From NCBI RefSeq assembly GCF_030028105.1, contig NC_092380.1:67825717-67889716 (forward strand): DNA of 64,000 bases. Reading direction: 5' to 3'. The notes beneath the pieces are model-generated. The model saw only the letters and a program-made list of their open reading frames with translations. It ran no database searches and had not been told where the DNA came from. The DNA comes from Mobula birostris (lineage: Eukaryota). Positions 11,061 through 24,450 of this stretch are shown here, in pieces (position 1 is the stretch's first letter; each line of letters opens with the position of its first letter). Both the position numbers and the translations under genes were made by a program.

Positions 11061-12294
11061 GGACAGTATCAAAAATGTTAGCCCATTGGAAAGTGCCCAA
11101 GTCTCCATTTCGAGAATTAGTTTCCTGGCCCAAAGGATCTAGAGTTCCTTCTTACAGACATCTGAGTACTTGTAATTAAGCTGGGAAAGCTCCACATATA
11201 CTAAGCAGCCTACAGCCTGATATATCCATATTCACAGAATTATACCTTACAGTAACTGTGCCAGACATCTCTATCACAATTCCTATGTACTTCCTGTCTC
11301 ACTGACAGGAAAGATCCTCTAGAAGGGGTAAGACAATGGTATACAGTCCTCAAAATGGAGAAGGAAACCTTTGAATTATCGCCTACTGGTCTCCCACTAG
11401 AGAAGGTTTCCTCCATTTAAACCAGTTGTAGAAAACTGCAACAGATTTACAAATATTACTAAAATGGGTAAACACAGTGGGTGTTTGACTAATAAAAATA
11501 TGACAGATGGAATCTTGATTATCTGATAAGCAGTTGGACCTTGCACTCCACGTTCAAATATCCTTAATGTGGCAGAGCAAAGTGATGAAGTTGTTTAAAA
11601 CAATAAAATTAACTGGGTTACTGGAAAGATAGAATATAAAAGCAGAATTCAGGCTGTGTTTACATAGACCTCAGCTAGAGTATTTTAGTCAAAACTGCAC
11701 ACCACAGCTCAAGAAAAATGGACAGGGTTTAAAATAGCTTTAGAGGAGGTTTACCAGGATGTTTCCAAGAATCAAGGATGTCATTTATAAGAATGGTGGC
11801 AGTGTGATTACTAGACTCCTGAAAAGCTGAAATGAAAAAATGTCTCTATGATGGCAAGTGGGTTTATAATAAAAACTATAGATTCACTGAGAATTTGGAA
11901 AAAAGATTGTGTAGAGATTTTTATTTAAACTCATGCTCTCAAGATGTGGAATCTACACTGAAATGATGGTAGAAGCTTAGTTAATAAATATTAAAAGAGA
12001 TTTATGTTGATTTTTTTTTTGATGATGAGGAGCTTAGAAGATTACAGATAAAAGCCAGGGACTTGGAGCAAAGTCCTTTTGCTTTTGCAACAGAGTGGCA
12101 TAGACAAATCCAGCTGAATGGCTTCCTCTGAGCTACAAGTCCCTATAGTACAGCGCACCTAAATGGGATGATTGATGAGTCTGCCAGAAAGAGTGAAAGT
12201 GGTGCGGATAGCATTTAGTTAATAGAAGCATCCTTGCACTATCAATATGGTTTAACTGGGGGTATATGTTTGTGAAAAAACAATCTTTTCTGTC

Positions 12295-13187
12295 AATCAC
12301 TCATACTTGCATGTATTTTAATGGCATTAAGCAATCTGATACATTCAGCTTTTAGTACAGGCTTGTAGACAATCTGTTTCATTGCCACCAGAACAACAAA
12401 GGACATTTTCTAACCCTTTTATTTTGCCTTGAAAGTCACATTGAGTAAGGAGAGACATTGTATATATTTTTTTAAATTTTCTGTTGGGGAAAAACTGTTC
12501 ACACAAGATTTTAGTGCATCCACAGTATGTGAGTGAAAGATAAATTAACTGATATTAAGTAGAAAAGCTTAGGTGATCTAGTAAACTGATCAAGCAAATC
12601 ATTGAGCAATCACAGTGCATCAGGTCATGCACAACCTGGCCACAGCCTTTAGTAACCCCCATGCAGCCTTGCTACTCGTGACTGCCACAGCAATCCTGTA
12701 AAGAGGAGTTCATAAGTGACCACTAGCCTCTAAGTGGTAGATCCTGAGGTCCTACTCCAAAATTATCCTGATGCCCTTTTGGCACTTCAGCCCTATCAAA
12801 CATTTAAGAAATAAAAAAATGGATTTACTTAATAATACCCAAAACATAAAAATTAATTTAAAATAAAGTAAAACAAAGATATTTATCTGTGCTTAACTTT
12901 TCAATGCGTTCCAAAACCCCTTTGTAATGATGGGATGTGTTTTCTAGGTAATGTATAGAGTTGTATGTCTTCCTTCTGGTTTTACGCTAGAGGCTGATTT
13001 ACACCTGCATGTTTTTGTGTCTTTCCTTTATTTTACTCAATGTGACTTCCAAGGCAAAATAAAAGGGTTAGAGAATGTCCTTTGTTGTTCTGCTGGCAAT
13101 GAAACAGATCGTATATAAGCCTGTACTAAAAGCTGAATGTATCATATTGCCAAATGCCATTAAAAATACATACAAATGTGAATGACT
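12295..13187. repeat. Long inverted repeat: arms 12295-12457 and 13017-13187, ~560-bp spacer
   Basis: Hand alignment gives about 14 mismatches in ~154 nt (~90% identity). Confidence 0.92.
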
Positions 13188-14183
13188 AGCTGTGTCTAGC
13201 CCTACAGCTCAGACACTTGTGCTCCACATATGACCTCCAATTATTGTCCTTATAACTTAGTGTTGAGCTCTAGTTCTTCCCTAATCTAATCTTTATCTGG
13301 AGAACACTAGTTATTGTTATTTCGTTCTTACCTTTTTGTGAGAGGCCAGGTTGTTCATTCCCTATAATATTGGCTACTAATAGACCACAATAACACATTG
13401 GTCTCTCTCTATTTCCAACACCTTTACCAGTCATTTCTAAGCATTGCCTACCCTAGAAGACTCCAAGATTTCAGTACCCTCAGTCTGAATTGCAAATATG
13501 ATGTCCATCCTTCTAAAAATTTGCTGCAGTTAATGAGGAGTCATTTCATCACAGATGCCCCCCCCCCCCATGAACAGTGGAAGTATTTTCCAATTCTTAA
13601 GTTACTAATCACTGGTAATTTAGGTAAAGAAAGTACTTAATTTATTTATGCAAACACAAGGGAATCTTCAGATGCTTTATTTAATTATTTTTATAACTGC
13701 ATTATGATAATTCAGTTGTGTAAGAGCTCATAAGATGAGAAGTTATTTATTAACAGAGATTATGTCCGATATTCTCCACATGACAATATTTTATTATTTG
13801 GTTTAGGTGAGCAGAATATGTTGATGGTTTATATATTTTACATTTCTCTAGCTAGGCACCTGCTTTCTTTGTGGAATTCCTGGCATCTCAAAAAAACAAA
13901 AGAAACCATTATGATAAATGCTTAAATTATATCTAATAGTGGTTTAGAAGTATCCCAAAAAATGTTTCATATTAATTTTTCCTTGAATGATCTGCAAGCA
14001 GACTCAAAGTTCAAGGTTAGGAATTGTAAAGAAAGCAAAATAGGTTTATGACAGTACCCACCTAAAAGTGAGCAATAAACTTTGAACTGGAGCAGCAAAA
14101 AACGAACTGCTGGAGGAACTCAGTGGCTCATACAGCATCGATGTGGGTGGTGCATCATCTGATCCCATTTTGGTTGAGACTCT

Positions 14184-16630
14184 ATAAGACCATAAGATAT
14201 AAGAGCAGAAGTAGGCTATTCATCCCATCGAGTCTGCTCCACCATTCAATCATGGGCTGATCCAATTCTTCCAGTCATCCCCACTCCCCTGCCTTCTCCC
14301 CATACCCTTTAATGCCCTGGCTAATCAAGAACCTATCTATCTCTGCCTTAAATGCACCCAAAGACTTGGCCTCCACAGCCACACATGGCAACAAATTCCT
14401 CAGATTTACCATCCTCTGACTAAAGTAATTTTTCCGCATCTCTGTTCTAAATAGACGTCCTTCAGTCCTGAACTTGTGCCCTCTTGTCTAGAATCCCCTA
14501 CCATGGGAAATGACTTTGCCATATCTAATCTGTTCAGGCCTTTTAACATTTGAAATGTTTCTATGAGATCCTCTCTCGTTCTCCTGAAGTCCAGGGAATA
14601 CAGCCCAAGAGCTGCCAGAAGTTCTGCATACAGTCACCCTTTCATTCCTGGAATCAACCTCATGAATCTTCTCTGAACTGTCTCCAATGTCAGTATATCG
14701 TTTCTAAAATAAGGAGCCCAAAACTGCACACAATACTACAAGTGTGGTCTCACGCGTGCCTTTTACAGCCTCAACATCACATCCCTGCTCTTATATTCTA
14801 TCACTCTAGAAAGGAATGCCAACAATGCAATTGCCTTCTTCACCATCAATTCAACCTGGAGGTTAACTTTTAGGGTATCCTGCACAAGGACTCCCAAGTC
14901 TCTTTGCACCTCTGCATTTTGAATTCTCTCCCCATCTAAATAATAGTCTGCCCATTTATTTCTCCCACCAAAGTGCATGACCATGCACTTTCCAACATTG
15001 TACTTCATTTTCCACTTCTTTGCCCATTCCCCTAAACTATCTAAGTCTCTCTGCAGGCTTTCTGTTTCCTCAACACTACCCACTCCTCCACCTATCTTTC
15101 TATCATCAGCAAATTTAGCCACAAATCCATTAATCCCATAGTCCAAATCATTGGCATACATCGTAAAAAGCAGCAGTCCCAATACCAACCCCTGTGGAAC
15201 TCTACTGGTAACCGGCAGCCAGCCAGAATAAGATCCCTTTATTCTGATTCTCTGTTTTCTGCCAATCAGCCAATGCTCCACCTATGCTAGTAACTTCCCT
15301 GTAATTCCATGGGATCTTATCTTGCTAAGCAGCCTCATTTGTGGCACCTTGTCAAAGGTCTTCTGAAAATCCAAGTACACTATGTCTATTGCAACTCCTT
15401 TGTCTACCATGCTTGTAATTTCCTCAAAAAGTTGCAGTAGGTTAGTCAGGCAGGATTTTCCTTTGAGGAAACCATGCTGGCTTTTGCCTATCTTGTCATG
15501 TGCCTCTAGGTATTCCATAATCTCGTCCCTAACAATCGATTTCAACAACTTCCCAACCACTGATGTCAGGCTAACAGGTCTATAGCTTCCTTTCTGCTGC
15601 CTCCCACCCTTCTTAAATAGCGGAGTAATATTTTCAATTTTCCAGTCATTCAGTACAATGCTAGAAGCTATCGATTCTCGAAAGATCATTTTTCATGCCT
15701 CCGTAATTTCTCCAGCTACCTCCTTCAGAACCTGAGAGTGCATTCCATCAGGTCCAGGAGATTTATCCACCCTCAGACCATTAAGCTTCCTGAGCACCTT
15801 CTCAGTCATAATCTTCACTGCACATACTTCACTTCCCTGACACTCCTGAATTTCCGGTGTACTGCAGATGTCTTCCACTGTGAAGACTGATGCAAAATAC
15901 ACCATCCCTTAGACATTCTGCAGATTCTCTCTCTTGAAGTCCAGTACTTGCCTGGTTTTCCCGATACACTTTCATGTTAAAATCCCAAACGATTGTCATG
16001 ACATTTCCCTTCTGACATGCCTTTTCTATCTCCTGCTGTAATTTGTAATCCACATCACGGCTGCTGTTTGGAGGCCTGTATACAACTGCTATTAGAGTCC
16101 TTTAACCCTTGCCGTTTCTTAACTCTACACCTTCCGATTTTATGTCATCCCTTTCCATTAATTTAATATTATTTCTTAAGCCCGGAGCCACATCGCCCCC
16201 TCTGCTTACTAACCTATCTTTTCGATACACCGTATATCCTTGGATGTTCAGCTCCCAATGGCAGCTATCCTTTAGCCAAGTTTCAGAGATGACCACAACG
16301 TCATACTTGCCAATCTGTAGCTGAATTTCAAGTTCATCCATTTTATTTCTTATGCTGCGTGCATTCAAATATAACATTTTCAGTCCAGTATTTGTTGCTT
16401 TCTGTTTTAACTGCACCATGGCTCTATTGCCCTGTAACTCATCCCATTGGCTGTGATTATGCCTCATCTCCTGCCTGTCCTTTCTATCATCTCTGTTGCA
16501 CACTATCTTTGATTTATTTCTGTTTTCCACTTCCTCAGCTCTATCACTCCAGTTCCCATCCCCCTACCAAATTAGTTTAAACCCTCCCAAACAGCTCTAT
16601 TAAACCTGCCTGCTAGGATATTGGACCCAT
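14184..16630 (-). mobile_element. CR1 LINE, most of ORF2 with internal deletions and frameshifts
   Basis: LYLNARSIRNK..YDVVVISETWL (APE), DKSPGPDG, YRPVSLTSVVGK, YLDFQKTFDKVP, PQGLVLG, KFADD, RDLGV; (TCTTATGG)-like tail. Confidence 0.92.
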
Positions 16631-16974
16631 CCTTTTTGTACCCTGCATGAAGACCTGTGTGGAGGGATAATAATTAATGCTACTTGCTGCCATCTTCCAG
16701 TCCTCACCTTATAGGGAGGATGTAAAGCCATTCAAGAAGAATGCAGAAAAATTTACAAGATTGTTTCCTGAGAAAAAGGACAGCAGTTACAAGGATAGGT
16801 TAGAGAGTTTGGGGCAGTTATCTTTGATGAAGAGAAAATTTAATCCAGACTTGATAGAAGTATATTTTAATAGTTTGAGCAGATTGTATAGCAGGAGGCC
16901 ATTTTCTTTGCCAGAGGGGTTATGGACCAGATGCCACAGGTGGAGGGCTATGGATAACCCTAGGTAATTCCTGT

Positions 16975-17400
16975 TTCAATATTTTTAATAATTTCCACAT
17001 AGAATAATACAGAGTACATGAAGACATATTATGAATAAAAAAAAGATAGAATAGTACCGAATACATTATATTTAAGACACACTTAAAATTGCAGTACCCC
17101 ATATTCATAATCAAACACGTAAATTAAATTAAATTGTAATATTTAAATGTAATAGTTTTATTATAGAGAAAATCTAAACCCCCTATCAAGATCGAAGCTG
17201 TTTGGTAAAGAAAGAAAGATGGAAAACAATCCTTATCACGTAGTGATTTAAGTTATTAGTCAACATCTGGACTTTAACACTAATCAAAGATTTTGAAAAT
17301 AGTTCAAAAAGCTCTGCACAATGTTTGAAAGTCTTGATTAGAATCAGAAATTGAACAACAGATCTTCTCTAAATTTAAGCATGACATAACATCATGTAAT
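16975..17400 (-). mobile_element. L1/Tx1-clade 3' end fragment
   Basis: Minus strand reads LHDVMSCLNLEKI..FQTL..FLNYFQNL, followed by a T-rich 3' UTR; similar to the C-terminus at 43780-43886. Confidence 0.65.
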
Positions 17401-17741
17401 TTCTAAAGTAAGTACATGTTCTGCACAGCATCGTGGGCTGAAGGTTCTGTATTGTGCTGCAGGTTTTCTATGTTTCTATGTTTATCTGCTGTCTGTGTGT
17501 TTGTATGTATATTACAGAGGGAGAATAATACATAAATTAATTATTTATATATCAATTTTATTTTTACTCTGGAGTTGAACAATGTTATTGTAAATGAAGG
17601 AAATGGTATAAATGCTATAATTTTTTTTGGTCATATAACACACTTGTTTGAAAGGGCAGTCTAATTTTTGTCATAATGACTGTCTGTTATAATTGAACCT
17701 GCCTTGAGTTTACCGTTGAGATTAGGAAGAGTTTCAGTATG

Positions 17742-17970
17742 TGAAGCACCTTCAATTACTCCAAAAGACTGAGGTTTGGTAAAATACTGAAAGGCTTTTA
17801 TTCGCTGTACAATACGACCTCCACAGTGAGTGTCTGCCCCCGGACTGAGGGGGAGGGGCAAGGCGAACACCTTTATACAGGACTCTGTGGGAGGAGCCAC
17901 AGGGGCAGTCAGCAGAGGGGTGTGTCCAGACAGGTAACAGAGTTACAACATATATACATGGTTTACCACG
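17742..17970 (-). mobile_element. Solo LTR, 229 bp
   Basis: Minus strand CGTGGTAA...GGTGCTTCA (terminal TG mutated to CG), with TATAAA and AATAAA. Perfect 5-bp TSD GTATG (17737-17741, 17971-17975). Confidence 0.85.
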
Positions 17971-17984
17971 GTATGTAGCTGTTA

Positions 17985-18530
17985 TATGTCATTAACGAGG
18001 GCACACTTAGAGCACTGTGTATAGTGTGGGTGCCTTGTACTAGGAAAGACATTGTCAAGCTGCGAAGGGTGCAGAAGAGATTTACAAGAATGCCACTTAG
18101 ACTAGAAAACCAGAGTTATAGGGAGAGGATGGTCACGTTGGATCTTTATTTCTTTGGAGAACAGGAGTATGAGGGGTTACCTCAGAAGGTTATAAAATCA
18201 TGAAGGGTATGGTTAAGATGAATGATAATTTCCCTAGGCCTGAGGAGTCCAAAGCCAGAGGGCACAGATACAAGGTGTGAGGGGAAAGGTTTACAAGAGA
18301 CCTCAGAAGCAACTTCTTTACACATTGAGTACCTGGCATGAGCAGCCACAGAAAGTGGTCAAGGCAGGTACGACTGGAATATTTAAGAGGCATTTGGATA
18401 GGTACTTGATGGGGAGAAGCTTGGAGGGTTATAGACTGTACAGGTAACTGGGAGGAGCAGAGTGGATGCTGTAGTCAGCCTGAACCAGTTGGGTTGAAGG
18501 CTACACTTCCATCCTGTATTACTCTCTGAC
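17985..18530 (+). mobile_element. Degenerate CR1 3' fragment
   Basis: Similar to other CR1 3' ends (GGGTGCAGAAGAGATTTACAAG; AGAGGGCACAG; TGACTC tail). Confidence 0.65.
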
Positions 18531-18884
18531 TCTGGGCTTAATGTTTAAACTCGTTTATGAGAATTTTTTTTTTGTTTTGTATAAGGCAAAGTGTGAACTT
18601 TGAAGTGCCAGTACAGTAAGGAGTACCAATGCTGACACACTGAGGGCAATAAACTCGGGATAGGTTGCATATATACTCAAAAATGTCACTGGAAGTTTAG
18701 GTCATAGAAGCCAGGAGTAGGGGGGATCCCTGTAAATGTAGGGGAAAGTTATCCACTAAATACTTCTATCCTCTTTTCACCTCTCTCGAGTGCAAAGCTG
18801 ATCTCATCACATTGTTCTTGTAGACCATGTAGAACGACATCCATGTTCAAACATCTTCTCTCCTGATGGTGCCCATAGGGGAGA

Positions 18885-19565
18885 ATTAGTATCAGGTTTA
18901 ACATCACTGGCTCACAGTATACCAAGAAACTTGCTGTTTTGTGGCAGCAGTACATTGGAATACATATAATTAAATCTATAAATTACAATAAGTATATATA
19001 AAAAAGAAAATTAAATTAAATAAGTAGTGCAAAAAGGGAAGAAATGAATTACTGAGGGCGAGTTCATTGGTTCGTTGTCCAATGTTCAAATTCAAGTTAA
19101 AGTTCATGTTCATTTTCATTAAACCATATACATGTACACCACTAAAAAGTATTTCTTTGGACCAAGGTGCACAACACAGAGAGTAACATTATCACAAATA
19201 AGTGAACAAGTAATAAGGGAGCATTTGCAACATGAGTTAAAAAATAAACTGTATAACGCTACTGGGTGGTGGCAGGGAGCTCAGCAGTCTCATAGCCAGG
19301 GGAAAGAAGCTGTTTCCTGTCCTATCAGTCCTTGTCCTGATGCTGTTCCTCCTGACGGCAGGGTGTCATAGAGATTGTTGAACACATAGGAAGGAACATT
19401 GACAATGCTAAGGGCCATGCGCCCACAGCGCTCCTGATAAATATCTCAGAAGAGAGACCCCAATGATCCTCTCAAACAGTCCTTACAATCCTTTGTAAAA
19501 ATCCTCTGCTCCTGTAAAAATTGGTTAGAATGAGGGTGGGGGGTAGACTTGCTCACTTCAATCTC
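18885..19565 (-). mobile_element. Rex1/Babar 3' fragments
   Basis: Similar to 5451-6020 and to the shared 3' UTRs. Confidence 0.55.
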
Positions 19566-19589
19566 AAAACAAGAGCTCAATACGTGAGC

Positions 19590-20410
19590 TCTTACATTTA
19601 CATTTCTGCCCTTGGAAAAAGATTCTGACTGTCTACGCTATCCATGCCTCACTAATTTTATATACTTCCATCAGGTGTCCTCTCAGTTTTGGATGCTCCA
19701 GGGTAAACAACCCAACTTTTCCTTTTAACTCTTCCACTCTTATCCAGGCAGTATTGTAATAGGCCTCTCCTGAACCCCTTCCAAAGCCTCCATATCCTTC
19801 ATGCAATAAGGTGACCATAAATCGACACAATATTTCAAGTGCAGCCTCACCAAAGTTTTACTTAACTGCAATTTGACTTCCTTTCTCTTACACTCAATGT
19901 TTGGAAGGCATGCATGCTTTCAGTGAGTTATTAAATTGGACCAAAGGTCCCTTAAAAGAATTATAAAAGATAATCACAAGATCACAAGACAAAGGAGCAG
20001 AAGTAGGCCATTCAATCCATCGACTCTGCTCCTCAGCTAAACTATTCACCCATCTAGTTCCAATTTCCAGCTTTTTCCCCATATCCCTTGATACCCTGAC
20101 TAACTAGATACCTGTCAATCTCCTCCTTGAACACCCTCAATGATCGGGCCTCCACAGCTGTATGTGGCAACGAATTCCATAAATCCACGACCCTCTGGCT
20201 AAAAAAAATTCTCCTCATCTCTGTTTTAACTGGGTACCCTCTAATTCTAAGACTATGGCCTCTTGTCCTGGACTCACCCACCAAGGGAAACAACTTTTCC
20301 ACATCTACTCTGTCCAACCCTTTCAACATTCAAAATGTTTCTATGAGATCCCCTCTCATTCTTCTATACTCTAATGAATACAGTCCAAGAGTCAACAAAC
20401 GCTCCTATAA
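19590..20410 (-). mobile_element. Two CR1 3' fragments (19590-19915 old; 19965-20410 younger)
   Basis: ORF 20054-20329 reads GLDRVDVEKLFP..RTRGHSL..FFSQRVVDLWNSLP; (TCTTGTGA)2 tail. Confidence 0.8.
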
Positions 20411-20631
20411 TGGCCTATAAATTCTTTAAATAGATAGCTAACCAGCTACCCTGAAAATTGAACACGTTTGAACAGATTGTGAAGAGAAAAGAGATGAAGC
20501 ATGTGAAAGCAATTCATAAAATGCAAATTTTCACACAAGCTACAGGTACTGAACATGGTATTGGAATGTAAGCCTGTCAGGATGTATGGTAATACTGCAA
20601 TGGAATGAAATTTAAAGCAAGAGTATGCCGT

Positions 20632-20970
20632 TGTTACAGTACACACCTGACCAACCTCCGAGGTTTAGACACTCTGATTCTCCAGAGTAAGGTTACTCGT
20701 GCAGTACCTGTAAAGGGTCTAGTCAGCTCCAGTAATTGGCAGCCATGTTTTGGCACCAAGATTTGAATATTTAAAGCTCAACTTTGGTTAGAACGCGATT
20801 ATGTTTAGGATATTTGCCTCGTCTGGATTCTTGACTCGTCTCATACGGTTCTCTTCTAGTATAAGTTAGGAAACCTGTTCTCATCTCAGTCTTGAACTCG
20901 TCTCTCAATTCTAGTCTCGGATACTCCAGCAGCAGGATCCTTACCATCCTCACCTAGGCCTCTCGTCACA
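20632..20970. mobile_element. Probable solo LTR, 339 bp
   Basis: TGTTAC...GTCACA termini. Flanks GCCGT / GTCAT could be a 5-bp TSD with two transitions. Confidence 0.5.
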
Positions 20971-21193
20971 GTCATGTTGAAACAACTATGGAGATCACTT
21001 ACCCCTACCACCTAGGGATGAATTTCTAAAGTTCTTGCATGTCATTTGAAATTCATTGATAGTGTACAATTTAAAGTTAAGGTTAAGGTGAAGAGTGTGG
21101 CAGTCACAATTGAAGATGAAGCCAGAATCTAAATGTGCATTATCAAAATTACAATGTAAATCAACATTTAAAGTGATTGAAGCTTGAAGGAAG

Positions 21194-22108
21194 CTTGGTG
21201 GTAAGGGAGGAAGTGTAAGGGCACGTGTAGCACTTGTTCCACTTACAAGGATAAGTGCTAGGAGGGAGATCGGTGGGGAGTGCTACACATGCCCTTACAC
21301 TTTCTCCCTTACCACCACTCAAAGCCCCAGACAGTCTTTCCAGGTGAGGCGACACTTCACCTGTGAGTCGACTGGGGTGATATACTGCCTCCGGTGCTCC
21401 CGATGTGGCCATCTATATATTGGCGAGACCCGACGCAGACTGGGAGATCATTTCGCTGAACACCTACGCTCTGTCCGCCAGAGAAAGCAGGATCTCCCAG
21501 AGGCCACACATTTTAATTCCACGTCCCATTCCCATTCTGATATGTCTATCCACGGCCTCCTCTACTGTAAAGATGAAGCCACAATCAGGTTGGAGGAACA
21601 ACACCTTATATTCCATCTGGGTAGCCTCCAACCTGATTGCATGAATATTGACTTCTCAAACTTCCGCTAATGCCCCACCTCCCCCGTGTACCTCATCCGT
21701 TATTTATTAATATACATGCATTCTTTTTCTCTCTCTCTCCTTTTTCTCCCTCTGTCCCTCTGACTATACCCCTTGCCCATCCTCTGGGTTTTCCCCCCTC
21801 CCCCTTTTGTTTCTCCCTTGGCCTCCTGTCCTATGATCCTCTCGTATCCCTTTTGCCAATCACCTGTCCAGCTCCTGGCTCTATCCCTCCCCCTCCTGTT
21901 TTCTCCTATCATTTTGGATCTCCCCCTCCCCCTCCCACTTTCAAATCTCTTACTAGCTCTTCTTTCAGTTAGTCCTGGCAAAGGGTCTCAGCCCGAAACG
22001 TCAACTGTACCTCTTCTTAGAGATGCTGCCTGGCCTGCTGCATTCACCAGCAACTTTGATGTGTGTTGCTTGAATTTCCAGCATCTGCAGATTTCCTCGT
22101 GTTTGCGT
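21194..22108 (+). mobile_element. Penelope-like element 3' part with GIY-YIG endonuclease and inverted 5' segment
   Basis: ORF 21344-21670 reads FTCESTGVIYCLRCSRCGHLYIGETRRRLGDHFAEH. 21194-21280 is inverted; hammerhead-like tail ~21971-22010. Confidence 0.9.
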
Positions 22109-22494
22109 TTCACTATCAGTGGGCAAGGTTTATCAGTTAACTGACCTTCATCAACTTTTATCTTAAAATATCTGATTTTAAGTCTGAATTCTCTTGTTCT
22201 TTGGGAATGTGCTTGAAGATGATCTGAAGGGTGAATTTGTCACATACAGTAGTTGATCTAACCTCTCCTTAGGCAGCATGCATTTCAAACTCTTCTGTAC
22301 CCTTACAAACCCACCATGACTTTCCTTTATTGGAAGACCAGAACTGCACACAATACTCCGTGTGCTGCTTAACCAAAGTGTTATAAATTTGCAACACGAT
22401 TTCCTTACTGTTATACTCAATGCCCTACCATATGCTTTGCTTACATCCCTGTCTACTTGTATGGCCTCCTGGTGGAATATTGTTATGGCTACAA

Positions 22495-22945
22495 CATCGA
22501 ATTCTCCTTCGGTAATTTTTCCCTCCCCCTTCCCTCTTCTTCTCATCCCCACTCTGGCCTCTTAATTCTTCTCCTCGCCTGCCTACCTATCACCTCCCCC
22601 TGGTGCCCTTCCTCTTTCCCATCCTCCCATGGTCCACTCTCCTCTCCCATCAGATTCCTTCTTATCCAGCTTTTAACTTTCCCACCTATTGCCTCCCAGC
22701 CTTTCACTTCATTGCCCCTCCCCAACCCACCTGGCTTCACCTATCAACTTCTATCTTTTCCTCCTTCCACTCTCTCACCCCTTTTATTCTGGCATTCTGG
22801 CATTCCTTTTCACTCTTAATGAAGTGTCTTGACCCGAAACGTCGACTGTTTATTCATTTCCATAGATGTTGTCTGACCTGCTGAGTTCCTCCAGAATTTT
22901 GTGTGTGTTGCTCTGGATTTTCACCACCTGCAAATCTCTTGTTTT
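22495..22945 (+). mobile_element. Penelope-like 3' UTR/tail fragment
   Basis: AACATCGAATTCTCC, a pyrimidine-rich tract, then TTAATGAAG..CCCGAAACGTCGACTG. Confidence 0.75.
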
Positions 22946-23984
22946 TTATTCCATTGTCTGTGCCAGTTGCTTCTGTGTTTCTTGATACTAACTCATACTG
23001 TGGCCCTTGACTTGTTGCTATGCCGTGGAAAATATAGATTTCAAAATAATTATCTTGTCAGTACTGAAGGAACACATTGAAAGTTTGTTTGTTATCTGAC
23101 AATTAATAGATTCAGTAACATACTCTCTACCTCAGAGGGGAGTGGCCACTTTAAACGTTTTTCTTTATCTTTGCTCTATTGAGCTTAAAGCTTTGGATGA
23201 AGAATCTGCAATATTGAGTATCTTAGCAAATTATCAGTGACAATCACAAGGTTAAAATGAAAGTCACAGGTCACAGCTGTGTGTACTGGTCATGAATAGA
23301 TGTAAAATGGGACTGGTTCCACATCACACAAGAGTTTATATTTCATCACTATTTCTATTAAACTAATTCAAAGTGAGTTTTAAAATGTTAGCAAAATTGG
23401 AAGAATTCAAACTCCACTGTTTAATAATGTTACAAAAATGTTGGCACGAACAGTAAATACTTCTCCAGAGATGTGTGCATCTCACTTGAAAAACTGGTTC
23501 CCCTACATTTCACATACAGGTGGATATTCTCTCCTGTGTTTCATGATGATTCATGAGATTGACTAGTGAGCTATATTATCAGTGTATTCCGTAACCAGCT
23601 CAGCCACATTTCCAGATCAAGTTAATCATTTAGTCGATACAGAAACTTCACACTTCAATATTTTACAAGTCATAACAATTTCTTAATCTTGCTACAAACA
23701 CAATAGCATCATTGTTACAGGTCAGTTAAAAAGAACACAAAGGAAACTTAAATAACATGTTAATACTATAGTGCATGTCTTTCACAACAATGTTCCTTTT
23801 AGTGCCAATGGTTACAGAGAAAAGTTATTGGCATTGTTATCATGCCTATCAAACCATCTAAGCATTGACAAGTGCACAGAAAATAAAATATTTTTTCACC
23901 ACGGTAAGAAAATACCAACAATACCAAGAGCATCCCAACCACATTGCAGTTTTCTTATTATGTCAACAATAAACTGCAAATTTA

Positions 23985-24450
23985 AAAAACTGCAGAAAGT
24001 TGTGCATACAGTTCAATAAATGCAGAATGCAGTCTCCTCTTTATGGACTCTGTCTATACTTCTCGCTGCCTAGGTAAAGCGGCTGACATCATCAAAGATC
24101 CCATCCACCCCAGACATACTCTCTTCTCCCTCCCTCCCATCAGGCAGAAGATACAAAAGCCTGGAAACAATGTCTACCCCACTTTCATACGACCATTGTA
24201 CAGTCAGTCCCCTGGTATGATCAGATGGATGCCCGAGCTCACAATCTTAACTCGTTATAGACTTGCATTGTTTTGTCTGCCTGCACTCCACATTTCCTTG
24301 TAATTATCTCACTCTATTCTGATTCTGTTATTGTTTTACCTCAATGTATTGTTGCACTGAGATGATCTGTGTGGATGCCATGCAGAACAAACTTTTTTCA
24401 CTGTATCTTGATATACTCTTATGTAATGATAGTAAACCATGTTATCAATT
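23985..24450 (+). mobile_element. Rex1/Babar 3' fragment
   Basis: KKLQKVVHT..SVYTSRCLGKAADIIKDPIHPRHTLFSL. Confidence 0.75.

Noticed and set aside
12611-12640. CACAGTG heptamer suggesting a V(D)J recombination signal
   Set aside because: No ACAAAAACC-like nonamer at 12 or 23 nt, and no V, D or J coding segment nearby.
20521-20528. ATGCAAAT octamer (Ig promoter motif)
   Set aside because: An AT-rich 8-mer is expected by chance in 64 kb; no leader or V exon follows.
21670-22884. Several Pro/Ser/Leu-rich or Gly/Arg-rich ORFs (also 39214-39702 and 61571-62160)
   Set aside because: They are translations of the pyrimidine-rich Penelope 3' UTR, which is poor in stop codons.
527-23270. Recurring (G/A)AAGTCACA motif in the duplicated block, the inverted-repeat arms and at 23259
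   Set aside because: After removing duplicated copies, the count is not clearly above chance for a degenerate 9-mer.
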